Positions 49,790 to 63,426 of a DNA stretch of 64,000 nt are shown in pieces. A program made the position numbers and the translations under genes. The stretch's first letter is position 1, and each line of letters starts with the position of its first letter. The stretch comes from Octopus sinensis (taxonomy: Eukaryota). The stretch spans positions 19,344,001-19,408,000 of the forward strand of contig NC_042999.1 of the NCBI RefSeq assembly GCF_006345805.1, given 5' to 3'. Below the pieces are notes generated by a model. That model saw only the letters and a program-made list of their open reading frames with translations. It had not been told where the DNA came from and made no database searches.

Positions 49790-50110
49790 GTTTCACAAAA
49801 GAAGCGTTGAGCAGATTTATGTAACGACCATTTCCACAGCTCACGTGATATCCACTTCTAGGAATTCTTTTGACTTTCCAGTGTGGTGCATTGAGCATTG
49901 AACGATCAACACTTGAGTTATTTTACAATAACGACCATTAAATCATCATTGACAATCGCTGACGATCGTTCGGAGCCTTCATTTTCAAGGTTCTCGTCTC
50001 CAATAAGAAATTTTGGGAATCAATGCTGAGTTGGTAGTCCGTGAAGGATCATTTGGTTAAATGTTTGCTTGATATTTCGAATAGTCTACATTAATTTGCG
50101 TTCTATTTAA
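49790..50110 (-). mobile_element. Mariner transposase N-terminal remnant
   Basis: Minus strand KFLIGDENLENEGSERSSAIVNDDL...KWISREL resembles the mariner pattern F..GD.SLED..RSGRP...DDD...KWVPHEL; contains stops. Confidence 0.7.
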
Positions 50111-51562
50111 TCGAATACCATAAAATCACTAGAATTTGCTACCCTCCTGTCTTAAGTTTCACCGCCTAAAATAAACAAGAATAGCGAAAGCAAAACCACT
50201 AGCCGGAAACGTTTCCAAATGGTATACTACATGAACGTAGTAAAATACCATTTAATTCCGAAATATACGGCAAAATTTAAAAGAACAAAAATTTTAAATA
50301 GTTTTTCACCACTCTGCATGTTATCCAGGAAGTGAGTAAAATCTTCAAAGAGAATGTTAGTAATTCAATATACATTTTTTTCTTCAAACACGATGCTTAT
50401 ATATTTCATGACAAAGTTACAAGGGTCATTTTACTTCTTAAACATTAGCGGTGTTTTGATGTTATAAGTAAACAATTTCACATCATATTTTTTTATTTTT
50501 TTATTTTTTGTACTAATTACCTGTACTCCATGATCACTATAGCCACCTATAGTAACATTGTAACATGTAACATTGGAATTAAATGCGTAATAGCATTTTC
50601 TTCCAAGCAACTGCTTGGCAGTATAATGGAAACACGTATGGGGTTCTAACTCGATGTTTATTTATCAATCCATTGAATAGGCACGTATATAGTTTTGTGT
50701 ACATGTGTGGCTGGCTGGATAAAATAGGAAAACCTGGTTCAAAATTGTATTGTGATATATATATATATATATATAGCCGGTGTTTATTCAAAGCAATGAA
50801 TACCCTTCACGAAACCATGGTATGCTTTGCTTTCTGATTTTTTAATCATCTCATAATAACGACTTTTATGACTCTTATTACTACCTCAGTCCATCTAAAT
50901 GTATATATCTGTCGTTACCTTTCATAAAAAGTCTTTTCTTTTTTTATTTACAATGTGCATTTTCGTTGATTTTTCATATTTTCCCCCTATATATATATAT
51001 ATTATAGAAACATATTGTAGCATTAAGTGCATTTCTTCGATGGTGAGTTGTTTCTATTTTTTGTTTTTTCTTTGTTTTTTATCTTACACGTTCAAATGGT
51101 TTCATGTCAATAAACAACCGTAATAGGAAATTATCTAATAATAACTCTTTCAAATATATTTTGAATTCGCAGAAAGTTTAAATGCATTCTTTGAAATAGC
51201 ATTTAAAAAAATTTTTATTTACATCGATTAAGAAAAATATGTTGTGATATAGTACGCAAGTAACTTAGTTATGTATGTAACTATCTCTTCTATATTGTAT
51301 GTTATAGTTCGTTCTGTTCTCTCGCAGCTGTCACGTACACATATACATAAAAATAATTAAATATAGGTACTGGAAAATTAATTTTCATATATAGATATAC
51401 ACATACAGTAACAATATAACTTTGCATAGGTATATATGTATGTGTAATTATATGCGTGTGCATACATACACACACACATTTATATGTACTTTTCATTTAA
51501 TTTTCTATCGAATTGCTCTGTTTTTAAGTAGATATCTTCCTTATTCTTTATTAACTCACTAA

Positions 51563-51957
51563 CTCTTTTACTCTTTTACTTGTTTCAGTCATTTGAATGC
51601 GGCCTTTAGTCGAGCAAATCGACCCCAGGAATTATTCTTTGTAAGCCTAGTCCTTATTTTATCGGTCTCTTTTGCCGAACCAGCATCGGTTGTCAAGCGA
51701 TGTTAGGGGGGACGGGGCAAACACAGACACACAAACATTTACACACACATACATATTATATATATATATATATATATACACACATGTGTACGACGGGCTT
51801 CTTTCAGTTTCCGTTTACCAAATCCACTCACATGTTTTTGGTCGGCCCGAGGCTATAGTAAAAGACACTTGCCCAAGGTGCCACGCAGTGGGAGTGAACC
51901 TGAAACCATGTAGCTGGTAAGCAAGCTACTTACCACACAGCCTCTCCTGCGCCTATA
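51563..51957 (-). mobile_element. SINE-A (with small internal deletions)
   Basis: Matches the other copies. Confidence 0.88.
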
Positions 51958-54630
51958 CTAAGATAATATTTTTTAAATAATAACTTATAGCATCGCTTCG
52001 TAGACTGCTGTCTCTAGTCAAATTCTTATTTCGTCAGTTTCGCCCATTTTTGTGACCCTTGACACAAGTGATGATTGCTATTAGTGATATCGTACAAACC
52101 AAACAAACTTTTAAGTTTAAGCGCCAAACTCATGGGTTAACCTTCTCTAAATTCTCTGCGTGGCTATAAAAGGCTCGAATTTTCAACTCTCAACAGAGAT
52201 GGTTTGGTTACTCCAAGAATTTGTGCCTGTTCAGCTTTACGATGCACAAGATTATTTTTCACATTTGTTCTCTATATCTAATTGAGGGATATGAATTCCA
52301 CCAACAAATCTTAATTTCGTCTTCCCTTCAATAGAAGCAAATAAGCATTTTCCTGTAGCTATAACCTTAACTACATGCTTGTAACACGACTTAAACACAC
52401 GCAACTCTACGAAAAGATATTTCAAACATCATTGTGTAACACTGTCGTCTGCTGCTTTCGATAAATCGCTATGTAACGCCTTTATGTATATTCAATAATG
52501 AAGGCATATGGTACTGTTTCAATTTTAGAAAATTGAAAATGGTGTGGCTTTGCTGTTTTATAAAGATGACAGCGTCATCCTACATGTAAATAATATATAT
52601 ATTTATATAATTTTATCTTTATACCTGGTCATTGTTTGAAGCGAAAACGTTGTTAGAAAATGAAAAACCCACAACACAAACATTTTTATTATTCACATCA
52701 ATTTTATTATTGAAAGTTAAAAGAGTTATTACGCTAAGGCATTCATTATTGAATAGCATGACTGCCGTGTTTGTTTGATTTTTGCTTGAGTATTATGCAA
52801 TAGCTTTCCTTTGTACCAAAAATATATAATACAAAGAAAATTAAAAAACCCTTGCTAATAAATTAGGGTATAATAATGAAACAAAAACAAATTGCAGTAA
52901 TTTTTCTGTGATTCTTTTCTTTCCCTTTTTACCTCGATACATTCTGCAATAAAGTCAAATGAAATACTGAATGCGAAATTAAACTCTGCAGCAAAAACGA
53001 AAAAGAAAACATACCATTCCTATAATGGATTTCGGGTGAGTTGTATACATCAAGATTTCATTATTCTCTCTGTTTCTAGTGAGAATAATCAAAAGCATTT
53101 GCCATCCCGTCATTATTCCAAGCATAACGATAACTTCTTTAGGGTTACATTAACCAATATGTGCGTTCTTGTTTGTCAGAAAATCCGACGTATTAACAAC
53201 GGGTGATTTGACTTGCTGCTTCTCAAACGTCGTGTGACTATGTTAGGTCTCTCCAGAATTATAAATCCCAAAGCTGTTATTTATCCCAGATTACCCCTGA
53301 TCCAGCAGTGTTATGATCGAAGATGATCCAGCTGTCTTAGTTTGTTCTTCAAGCATACTTCAACTTCGACTACTGCTGTAAATCCACATCCAATGCAACC
53401 AGATTTAAAATGGTTGGTTATAGTTGGAAAGATATCCTCTTCCCATTTCGTTGACTCGTTGAATAGTATTTTTATATCTTTTTTGTGTAATAGTTATTTT
53501 ATATTTATTTGAAAATCAATTCATATTTAAGGCTTGATGTCGTCAACTGTTGTGAATGCTGCGTGTCTATTCAGTATCTTTACCGGATTTTGTATAATAT
53601 TTTTGGATGATTAAACTATTCATAGAGGGAAAAAAAAAAAAAAAGAAAAGCTCCATTTGCTTTTTTACTGAATCTTATACCCACAGGAAAAGGTTCTTCT
53701 ATTTGCATTTATGTATTTATTTTTAGCCTGGAGGATAATTGTGCTATTTACAAATGTCCCCTCATCCGTCACCTTTATGACAATAATATAGAAAAAAATT
53801 TTATTTTTATTCTTATTCTTCTGTTCATCATCACCATCACTACTACCACCACCATCGTCATCGGCAGTAACAGCAGCAGTAGTATCATCACCACCACTAG
53901 CACCACCAGCATCCTTTTTAATCTTTGCTTTTTTTTCTTCATTTTTTGTTGTTTTTCTTTTCTTGTTTTTCCGTTGGGGAATATCCTCGATCATATTTTA
54001 GCTAAAGTTAGTTGATCACGAGTTTCTTTTGTGTATGATTCTATAGGAAAAATATGTTTAAATCATTTAAAATGCCTGACATTTACTTTCTCATAGCTAA
54101 ACCTTTCAGACAATTCAGAACAATATATTTCTTCATTTTTATTTATACGATTTCCCAGAGGGAATTTTTTAAAAAAATGAAGAGTCTATTTTAGTAACTT
54201 TTTTTACTTAATATTCCATTTTTCCTTTTTCTTTTTCTTCTTTGTTGGTGATGGTGTTAAATATCAAAACTTTCCCTGTAGCGTAGCTATTTTACTGTTT
54301 GTATTGTTGTGAAACAGAGACGAGCCTTTAAAAGTGAAAATAAGTACGGTGAAAGTGAACCACGGTGCAAAATTTCGATACTCGTATCATTATCTTAGTT
54401 AATTATTGTAGGTAATATACAACTGATGAAAGAGACACTTTAACACCGACGTTTCGCAATATAATGTCTGTAAGTTTAAAGCTTATCTGTATTTTAATTA
54501 ATTGACTTGATTTCCTTCAAGTAGAAGTTTTCTATTTTCATTAGGAATTTTTCATACTATTAAGCATTTATAAACTTTAAATGCAAGTCTACTTCTTATA
54601 CACTTCATATATATATATATATATATATAT

Positions 54631-54813
54631 GATAGATCGCTAGCCACAACACACATTTTTTCTCTCCTTGTTTCTTTCTCTGTTCCTTTCTGTGGAAGAG
54701 CGTAGGCTCGAAACGTTAAAGACTTTTTCAATTCCCGAGCGTTATACTAATTTATCTGTTTGTTTTCTGCACCACCTCTCTTCGTCTTTTGTTGTTGTTT
54801 TTTCTTGAATTCT

Positions 54814-54816
<3 letters not shown>
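54631..54816 (+). mobile_element. Family H1 element, most complete copy; variant HHR at 54686-54721
   Basis: CTTT-CTGTGGA-A-GAGC GTAG GCTC-GAAA-CGTT-AAAG; (TA)n on both sides. Confidence 0.8.
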
Positions 54817-54875
<59 letters not shown>

Positions 54876-54886
54876 GTATGTGTATA

Positions 54887-54968
<82 letters not shown>

Positions 54969-54998
54969 GTGTGTGTGTGTATTATATATATATATATG

Positions 54999-55045
<47 letters not shown>

Positions 55046-55061
55046 ATATATATATATATAT

Positions 55062-55102
<41 letters not shown>

Positions 55103-56454
55103 TGTGAGTGTATTTATGTATGTTCATGACTGTGTACATATAATCATTGTTATTAAGGCGCTGAGCTGGCAGAATCGTTAGCACGCCGGATAAAATTCTA
55201 AGCGGTATATATTCAGGACAATCGATTGAAGTTGTTAGTTGTTACCCAACGGTTTCATGACAAATTTGGATGGGTCAGTTTTAGCAATCATCGGACATGG
55301 CCAAATGAAAATATAGGATTTCGGTCATTTTTCACATTCGGTTTATGAGTCAGAGTGTTGGAAAGAAGACTAGAGGGTAGTAGATCAAAACACAGGTAAA
55401 GAACGCAATGGGTGGGCAACATCAGACCTGGTTGAACAACAGCGGCAAAGGAGTTGAGGAACTCGTGCTTAAATTGAGAAGACTTTTGCTGTAGTGTCAT
55501 CAATGCGCTGAAGACGTGCGATATATGATGTTGACGACGAAGGTGTTAGAGCGTAATTCAAGAGAGATTTGACTGTTGTTTCTAGTAGGCTTGACGACCG
55601 CGTAGGTGTTCTTTTTCCAAATGTACTTCATCTGTTACTTCGACATGCAGCCTGATACAAGAATCGAAACACCATTCATATGTTTATTTTATAGCGGTCA
55701 TCTGTTACTCAGTAGATTTTGTACCATCTACATAAAATTTAACCTGATTCTGTTCCTTTTTGAGCATAAATGTAATCATAGACGTTCCGATAATGACTAT
55801 TTTGTCTCATGCATATCAGACACCTCTATGTCGAATGTACGTGTCTTCATTTAAGGAGACAGGTTTGATGGAAACTCGTTATATTGTTAATTAGACCCAT
55901 ATCGGCTTGAAACAATTTTATTTATGATCAAAGGTGTTTTCTTTCTAAGTAGTAAACACTCAGAATCATAGTATTCAATGTGTTTTAACCTCTTATGGAT
56001 CTAACAGTCCAATTTAAGTGACATTTGAATGATATTTCTAGCAGCTTAACAAACTACATAAGGATTTCTCTTCAGTAAGCAGGCAGAATAATAAGACCGT
56101 TGGGTAAAATGCATTGCATATTTACTTCGGCTCTTTAGACAAATTTCATTTTAATTCCTCCAGAGTTGATAAAATAAGATTCCAGTCAGGTACAAAATTT
56201 TCTGGTATCTACTAACTTCTCTTCTTCAAAATTGCTGGCCTTGTACTTAAATCAAATCCATAATTTTTATTATTCATTCTAAAGTGTTGACGCTTGAACA
56301 TTTGTCTGTTGAAGAAGAGCTCGATTCTAGATATTGGCAGCCATTTTTTTTTATCAATAACTAAGTATTAATCAGTTTGTAACAAACGATACGGCTGGGT
56401 TTATATGCATCACCAACATTCGTCCAGTTGAAGGATCTCATTCGGCATTCTAGT

Positions 56455-57000
56455 CGGTGAGCTGGCAGAATCGTTAGTACGTCTAAGAAAATACGTAGTG
56501 ATATTTCTTCCAGGTCTTTACTTTCTGAATTCAAATTTCACCTAAGCCGGCTTTGCTTTTCATCCCTTTCTGGTTCAGTCAAATAAAATACCAATCAACA
56601 ATTGAAACTGATGTTATCAACTTGCACGTACCCTGAAAATTACTGGTGCTTAATTTATCGTCTCCGAAAGGATGAAAATCAAAGCTAACATCCGAGTAAT
56701 TTTAACTCAGAATGTAAAGACAGTCGAAATACTGCGAAGTATTTTGATGTCATGTAGGTTAAGTATGCTAACGATTTTACCAGCTCGCTACCTTAATAAT
56801 CCGCTCTATTGTGGGAAAAAGGTGAGAAATTTGAGGAGATAAGGTTAATCAATTACATCGACCCCAGTGTTTAAATGGTACTCATCTTATTGACCCCGAA
56901 AGAAAGAAAGGCAAAGTCGACCCTGGCGGAATTTGAACTCAGAACGTAAAGATGGAGGAAATGCTGCTAAGCATTTTACTAACAATTTTGCCAGTTTGTC
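56455..57000. mobile_element. Cluster of diverged SINE-B copies on both strands
   Basis: Recognisable head and core fragments. Confidence 0.7.
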
Positions 57001-57004
57001 ACTT

Positions 57005-57578
57005 TATCGCACTGCCTTAATGCCCTGATGCAGTACCAGGTAGTGGCTCTCATGGCTTCTTATATTAACTGATTGGAAGTGTTATCATGTACATTGTTTT
57101 CTCTTGGTATAAGAGATGGGCCACAGCAAATATTCTGCTCAATACCACAGATTTGCTTGTCCCTTAGTGGCATGTCCCATAGTGGCTGACGATATGTGCA
57201 TCTCTGATCATGAGCAGAAGTAGTGGGGGAGCACCATAGCCATGTGTTGAGAGAGATTCTTTGGGGTTTGACTAATTCACCTCTGGAAACATGCGTGTTT
57301 CGTTTAACATCCTTAAACAACCCTTATTCAGGGACCTTTTGAGCGAGATGGGCTACTCGACCAGAAAAAAAATTCTAACTTTGCCCCACCTGCAAGGTCA
57401 TGTGCTGTTTATCTTGATATGAGATCACCATGTCGCATACATATGGTTGTGATGCATGTGCTTAGCGTACCCTTATCAGACGGGTAGTCATGATGGGTAT
57501 ACCGGGCTTCGTATATTTTATCCCAATGTCACTTTGAAGGCATGCACTGCTCTCTCACTCAATAATAATAATAATAAT

Positions 57579-57635
<57 letters not shown>

Positions 57636-57640
57636 AATAC
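57005..57640 (+). mobile_element. Probable retroposon 3' region with (AAT)n(AAC)n tail
   Basis: GC-richer block ending gcactgctctctcactc plus a trinucleotide tail. Single copy in this window; I recall it as a dispersed cephalopod repeat. Confidence 0.45.
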
Positions 57641-57651
57641 CTATGAAAGAC

Positions 57652-58020
57652 AGCGAGCTGGCAGAAACGTTAGCACGCCAGGCGAAATGCTTAGTGGTAT
57701 TTCGTCTGCCGTTACGTTCTGAGTTCAAATTCCGCCGGTGTCGACTTTGCCTTTCATCCTTGCGAGGTCGATAAATTAGGTACCAGTTACGCACTGGGGG
57801 TCGATATAATCGACTTAATCCGTTTGTCTGTCTTTGTTTGTCCCCTCTGTTTAGCCCCTTGTGGGTAGTAAAGAAATAGGTATTTCGTCTGTCTTATGTT
57901 CTGAGTTCAAATTCAACTTTCATTCTTTCGGGGTCGATAAATTAAGTACCAGCTGCGTACTGGAGTCAATCAAATCGACTGGCCGCCTCCTCCAAAATTT
58001 CGGGCCTTGTGTCTAGAGTA
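57652..58020 (+). mobile_element. SINE-B (long-tail unit joined to the standard tail)
   Basis: Head, unit, gtatttcgtctg junction and standard tail. Confidence 0.85.
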
Positions 58021-58067
58021 CAAAATAATAATAATAATAATAATAATAATGGTAGTAGTAGTAGTAT

Positions 58068-58102
<35 letters not shown>

Positions 58103-58732
58103 AATATGATTATGGTTTCGACACTTTTGATCTCTGTCTACAAAACCAGGCTGTCGCGGAAGCAAACCATTACATTGACGCAGAACGAATTCAGCAAGTT
58201 TTGCTTTTGTTCTTTGTTTGTTTCGGAAATATTATCTTATAAAACTAGGAGGTGGCGAGAAAGAGACAGTAAATATAAAAAAAAATTGGTTCAAAGACTA
58301 GTGCAAACATAAATAAGTAAATTAACCAAATTGTGCCAAATGTAAATTCTGCCAATGTGAAAAAAAAAAAAAGCGATATATGACTAACATTTATAAATGA
58401 ATAGATGAAATAAAACTGTCGAATGTAGAACAGGTAAAATAATAAAAGACATTTTGGTACATTTTTTTTTCGCATTATCACTTTTAGTACTTTCTGTGAG
58501 TGAAGAACGGCCATGCTGGAGCATTATTTTTAAGAGATTGAGATTATCGTACAACTCCATTATTTATTTTATTTATTTATTATTGTTTTCTTTTTTGGTT
58601 TTTGTTTTTGTTTTTTGTTATTCTGAGACTTTTTATGTCGATATCTGTTCTTCGAACTGCTATTATACCGAACATAAGAGGACACCAGCATTCGACATGA
58701 TAGATCACTAGCCACCAAACCTTTTCTTATTT

Positions 58733-58960
58733 CTTTACTGCCCACAAGGGACTACGCACAGATAGGACAAATAAGGACGGACAAACGGATTAAGTCGATT
58801 ACATCGACCCCAGTGCATAACTGGTACTTAATATATCGACCCCGAAAGGATGAAAGGCAAAGTCGACCTCGGCGGAATTTGAACTCAGAACGTAGCGGCA
58901 GACGAAATACTGCTAAGCATTTCGCCCGGCGTGCAAACGCTTCTGTCAGCTCGCCGCCTT
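58733..58960 (-). mobile_element. SINE-B inserted near the 5' end of an H1 element
   Basis: Flanked by the repeated motif aaaccttttct. Confidence 0.8.
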
Positions 58961-59133
58961 TCGCTACTAAACCTTTTCTATTTTCTCTCCCTGTTTATTT
59001 CTGTGTTCCTTTCTGTCGAAGAGCGTCGGCTCGAAACGTAGACGACCTTCTCACTTCTCGAGCGTTAAACTAATACATCTGTTTGTTGTTTACACACCCA
59101 TCTTCGTCAATTTTTATTTGTAAATTCTCACTA
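58961..59133 (+). mobile_element. Family H1 element; variant HHR core at 59013-59019
   Basis: CTTT-CTGTCGA-A-GAGC GTCG GCTC-GAAA-CGTA; 3' strand of stem I decayed. Confidence 0.75.
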
Positions 59134-59165
59134 TGAATGTATATATATATATATATACGTATATA

Positions 59166-59399
59166 CAGGGTGTTCAAAACGTCTCTCCGCAGTGAAGTTT
59201 TTTTCATCCTGCGCATCATCATGGCGCTACATCAAGATTTTTTTGGTGAACGGATTATTTCGAAGGGACTTTGGCCATCAAGATCACTTAATTTAACGCA
59301 GCCGGACATTTTTTTCTGGGGAGCAAGTAAAGGATCAGTGTACAGAAATCGCCAGAAAACCATTAAATATTTACTGCAGAGAGACTTTTGAACACCCTG
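59166..59399 (+). mobile_element. Tc1/mariner deletion derivative (MITE)
   Basis: TA-flanked TIRs cagggtgttcaaaa / ttttgaacaccctg; internal FFGERIISKGLWPSRSLNLTQPDIFFWGASKGSVYRN matches the WPPRSPDL.P.DFFLWG.LK..VY motif. Confidence 0.88.
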
Positions 59400-59452
59400 T
59401 ATATGCATACCTACATACTAATATATATATATATATATATATATATTTATTA

Positions 59453-59600
59453 TATAGAAGGAGCTTCTACAGGACTAGTACTGTTTCATTCAAGAGAAAT
59501 CTTCAGGAAGCTATTTAACAAGAATTGTATTAGCATTTATACATTTAGGCAGGTTTAAAGGAGTGGTGGTGGGGGACTTTTTTGGGGGTAGGCATAGCGC
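59453..59600 (-). mobile_element. Family H4 pLTR-like copy with HHR at 59462-59512
   Basis: Inverted copy of 62131-62278. Confidence 0.8.
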
Positions 59601-59672
59601 GTGTGTGTGTATGCATGTGTATGTATATTTGTATATGTATGTGCATGTGTATGTATATATGTATATTATATG

Positions 59673-59727
<55 letters not shown>

Positions 59728-59887
59728 ATGTATGTATATATGTGTGTGTATATGTGTATTATGTATGTATTTATATAGATATGTAATTTTTATATATATA
59801 TGTATGTATATGCATCTGTCTGTGTGTGTGTATGTGTATATATGTGTATCATTATTGCGTATGTATACATGTATATGTGTATATGTA

Positions 59888-59930
<43 letters not shown>

Positions 59931-59945
59931 GTATATATGTGGGGG

Positions 59946-59986
<41 letters not shown>

Positions 59987-60145
59987 GTATATGTATATGT
60001 ATATATATATATATATGTATGTGTGTATGTGTATATATGTATGTATATGTGTATGTGTGTGTACATGTATATATATATGTGTGTGTGTATATATATATAT
60101 GTTTATATGTGAGTATGTAGAGATATAAGTATATGCATGTGTATA

Positions 60146-60199
<54 letters not shown>

Positions 60200-61007
60200 G
60201 GTATGTGTATCCGTGTATATATGTATGTGTGTGTGTATGTATATGTATGTATGTGTGTATATATGTATGTGTATATGTGTATGTGTGTGTATATATGTGT
60301 ATATATATATATATAGATATATGTATGTATGTGTATGTGTATGTGTGTGTATGTGTGCATGTATGTGTATGTGTATATGTGTTATAATATGTATGTGTAT
60401 ATGTATGTATATGTGTGTATGTGTATATGTGTATATTATATATATATATTATATATATATATATATGTATATGTATATATGTGTATGTGTGTATATATAT
60501 ATGTATATATGAGTGCGCGTGTGTGTATGTATGCCATATATGTATGTATGCATGTATATGTGTATGTATAAGTGTGGAAGTGTGTGCATATATGTATATG
60601 TAAGTATGTGCGCGTGTATGAGTATGTATGTATGCTTGCACACGTGTATATATATGTGTGCGTGTGTATATATATGGATGCGCGTGCGTGCGTGCACGTG
60701 TATGGGTACGCATGTGTATATGTGTATGTGCGTGTATGTGTATGTATGCATATATGTATGTATGCATGTATATGTGTATGTATATATGTGTGTAAGTGTG
60801 TGCATATATGTATATGTAAGTATGTGTGCGTGTATGAGTATGTATGTATGCTTGCACACGTGTATATATGTGTGTGTGTGTATACATATGGATGCATGTG
60901 CGTGTGGGCACGTGTATGGGTACGCATGTATATGTGTATGTGCGTGTATGCGTATACGTGTATGTATGTATGTATGTGTGGGCGTATATTTGTATATGTA
61001 TGTGTGA

Positions 61008-61054
<47 letters not shown>

Positions 61055-61428
61055 TGGGGGTGTGTGTATGCGTATAAGTGCATGTAAGTATGGATGTATG
61101 GATGTATGTATGTATGTTTACGTATGTATGTGTTTGTGTGGATATGTTTGTAGGTGTGTGTATGTATGTGTGTATATATGTATATATATATATATGTGTT
61201 ATATATGTTTGTGTGTATATATATATGTATGTATTGTGTGTATATATATGGGTGTGTGTATGTATGTATGTATATATGTAATATATATGTATATAAATTA
61301 TATGTATGTATGTGTATATATATATGTGTACATGTATGTGTGGGTATATATATATATATATATATAGGTATGTATCTGTATGTAGGAGTATATATATGTG
61401 TGTGTGTGTGTGTGTATGTGTATATGTG

Positions 61429-61462
<34 letters not shown>

Positions 61463-61620
61463 TATGTATATTTATTGGTGTATATATATAGACTAGCCTC
61501 CTAAAGTGTAGACATGAATCTGTAGGTACGAGTACGTATGTGTATATACGTGAACGTATGTAGATGTTTGTATGTATGAATATAACGCGTGCGTACGTGT
61601 ATGTGTATGAGTGTACGAAT
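59600..61620. repeat. ~2-kb compound (TA)/(TG)/(TATG) microsatellite with an internal ~215-bp duplication
   Basis: Direct reading; ~60600-60740 is repeated at ~60816-60950. Confidence 0.95.
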
Positions 61621-61824
61621 GGGTGTATGTACGTGCTAATGAGTGTGCGTGCGGGAACGAGTACTTGCCTTCTAGTAGACAGACAATTTGGACATGCTGC
61701 CATCGCCAGGATCCTTAGCTCTAGCGATCAAAGATAACAAAAGTAATAAATGAAGATAATAAAATTAAAATTAGGGAATGGGCCTGTATTGGATTGTGTA
61801 TATATATATATATATATATATGTG

Positions 61825-61894
<70 letters not shown>

Positions 61895-62130
61895 ATGTGT
61901 GTATGTGTAGGTATGTATAGGCACACATGTGTACGTATGTGTGTGTGTATGTATATGTGTTTATGTATGTATGTGCACACATTTTATTTTTTTTATTTTT
62001 TTATTTTTTATTATTTATTATTTATTATTTATTATTTATTTTTTATTTTTTATTTTTTATTTTTTTATTTATCTATTCTTTCACCTAACTTACACTGACT
62101 CCTTGACCACTCCCCCAAGTACGATATTTT

Positions 62131-62349
62131 GCGCTATGCCTACCCCCAAAAAAGTCCCCCCCACCACACTCCTTAAACCTGCCTAAATGTATAAATGCTA
62201 ATACAATTCTTGTTAAATACTTCCTGAAGATTTCTCTTGAATGAAACAGTACTAGTCCTGTAGAAGCTCCTTCTATAAAATAAATTAATTTACTCTGCTA
62301 TGTATTGAGTACCTTACTTACTGTGGTTAACCCCGATCAACCCGGGACC

Positions 62350-62352
<3 letters not shown>
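62131..62352 (+). mobile_element. Family H4 pLTR-like copy; HHR at 62220-62266
   Basis: CTTC-CTGAAGA-tttctcttgaat-GAAA-CAG tactagtc CTG-TA/GAAG; TATAAA upstream and AAATAAA downstream; ends at (TA)n. Confidence 0.8.
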
Positions 62353-62380
<28 letters not shown>

Positions 62381-62383
<3 letters not shown>

Positions 62384-62576
62384 ATAGAAGGAGCTCCTAC
62401 AAGACTAGAACTGTTTCATTCAAATGAAATCATCAGGAAGCTTCCTGATGATTTCATTTGAATGAAACAGTTCTAGTCCTGTAGAAGCTCCTTCTATAAA
62501 ATAAATTAATTTACTCTGCTATGTATTGAGTACCTTATTTACTGTGGTTAACCCCGACTCAACCCGGGACCTACAT
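62381..62576 (+). mobile_element. Family H4 fold-back copy; HHR at 62439-62489
   Basis: 120-bp palindrome 62381-62500 centred on gaag|cttc; AGCTTC-CTGATGA-tttcatttgaat-GAAA-CAG ttctagtc CTG-TA/GAAGCT. Confidence 0.82.
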
Positions 62577-62583
62577 ATATATA

Positions 62584-62619
<36 letters not shown>

Positions 62620-62666
62620 TGTATGTATGTATGTATGTATGTATGTATGTTCTATATATATATATG

Positions 62667-62712
<46 letters not shown>

Positions 62713-63382
62713 TTATCTACAAACATATTTTATGTAATTTACTACATAACTATGTGACCGGCAAAAAGCATATACAATTCAGTGTGGCTGTTAATGTAAT
62801 ATATTATCAGACTGCTACATCAGATGCGTATGAGGATAATGTTTTTGTATGTATGTATGTATGTATGTATGTATGTATGTAGGAATGTATGTATGTATGT
62901 ATGTATGTATGTATGTTTGTATGTATGTAGGAATGTATGTATGTATGCATGTATATACATAGACATGGCCAGTTGTCAGAATTCAATATATTTTTAGCTT
63001 TACCGTAAAGTGAATAGTGACCATTAATGTGAATTAGCGAACAATAAAGTTGTAGCAGTTACGTTAGCCACTTTCATTAGATTATAGCTCTTTTCGCTTT
63101 GAGAAACATTGCACTCAGAGCTGAGTGTTCGTGCAACATTTTATTGCTTCCTCTGAGCTATTTAAGGAAAATCTTATACTGTCGGTTACGAGAACAAAAC
63201 GCCGTATTTGCTGCGTGGCCATGCTAACCACTACACCGAGGGCACATCGCAACATTGCCTTAGGTGATGCACAACAAGGTGGTTACTAAGCGTACCTCTT
63301 AACCCCACAACGAAAGATAACACTTTTTGTTTATCTGAATACATACACACGCATACATTCATATATATATATTTATTTATTC

Positions 63383-63415
<33 letters not shown>

Positions 63416-63426
63416 ATATATATATA

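Noticed and set aside
59790-61703. 637-aa ORF and the many overlapping Y/I/H/T/C/V/M-rich ORFs (also at 28691-29328, 54760-55184 and others)
   Set aside because: Translations of (TA)/(TG)/(CA) microsatellites, which lack stop codons in some frames; no coding signal
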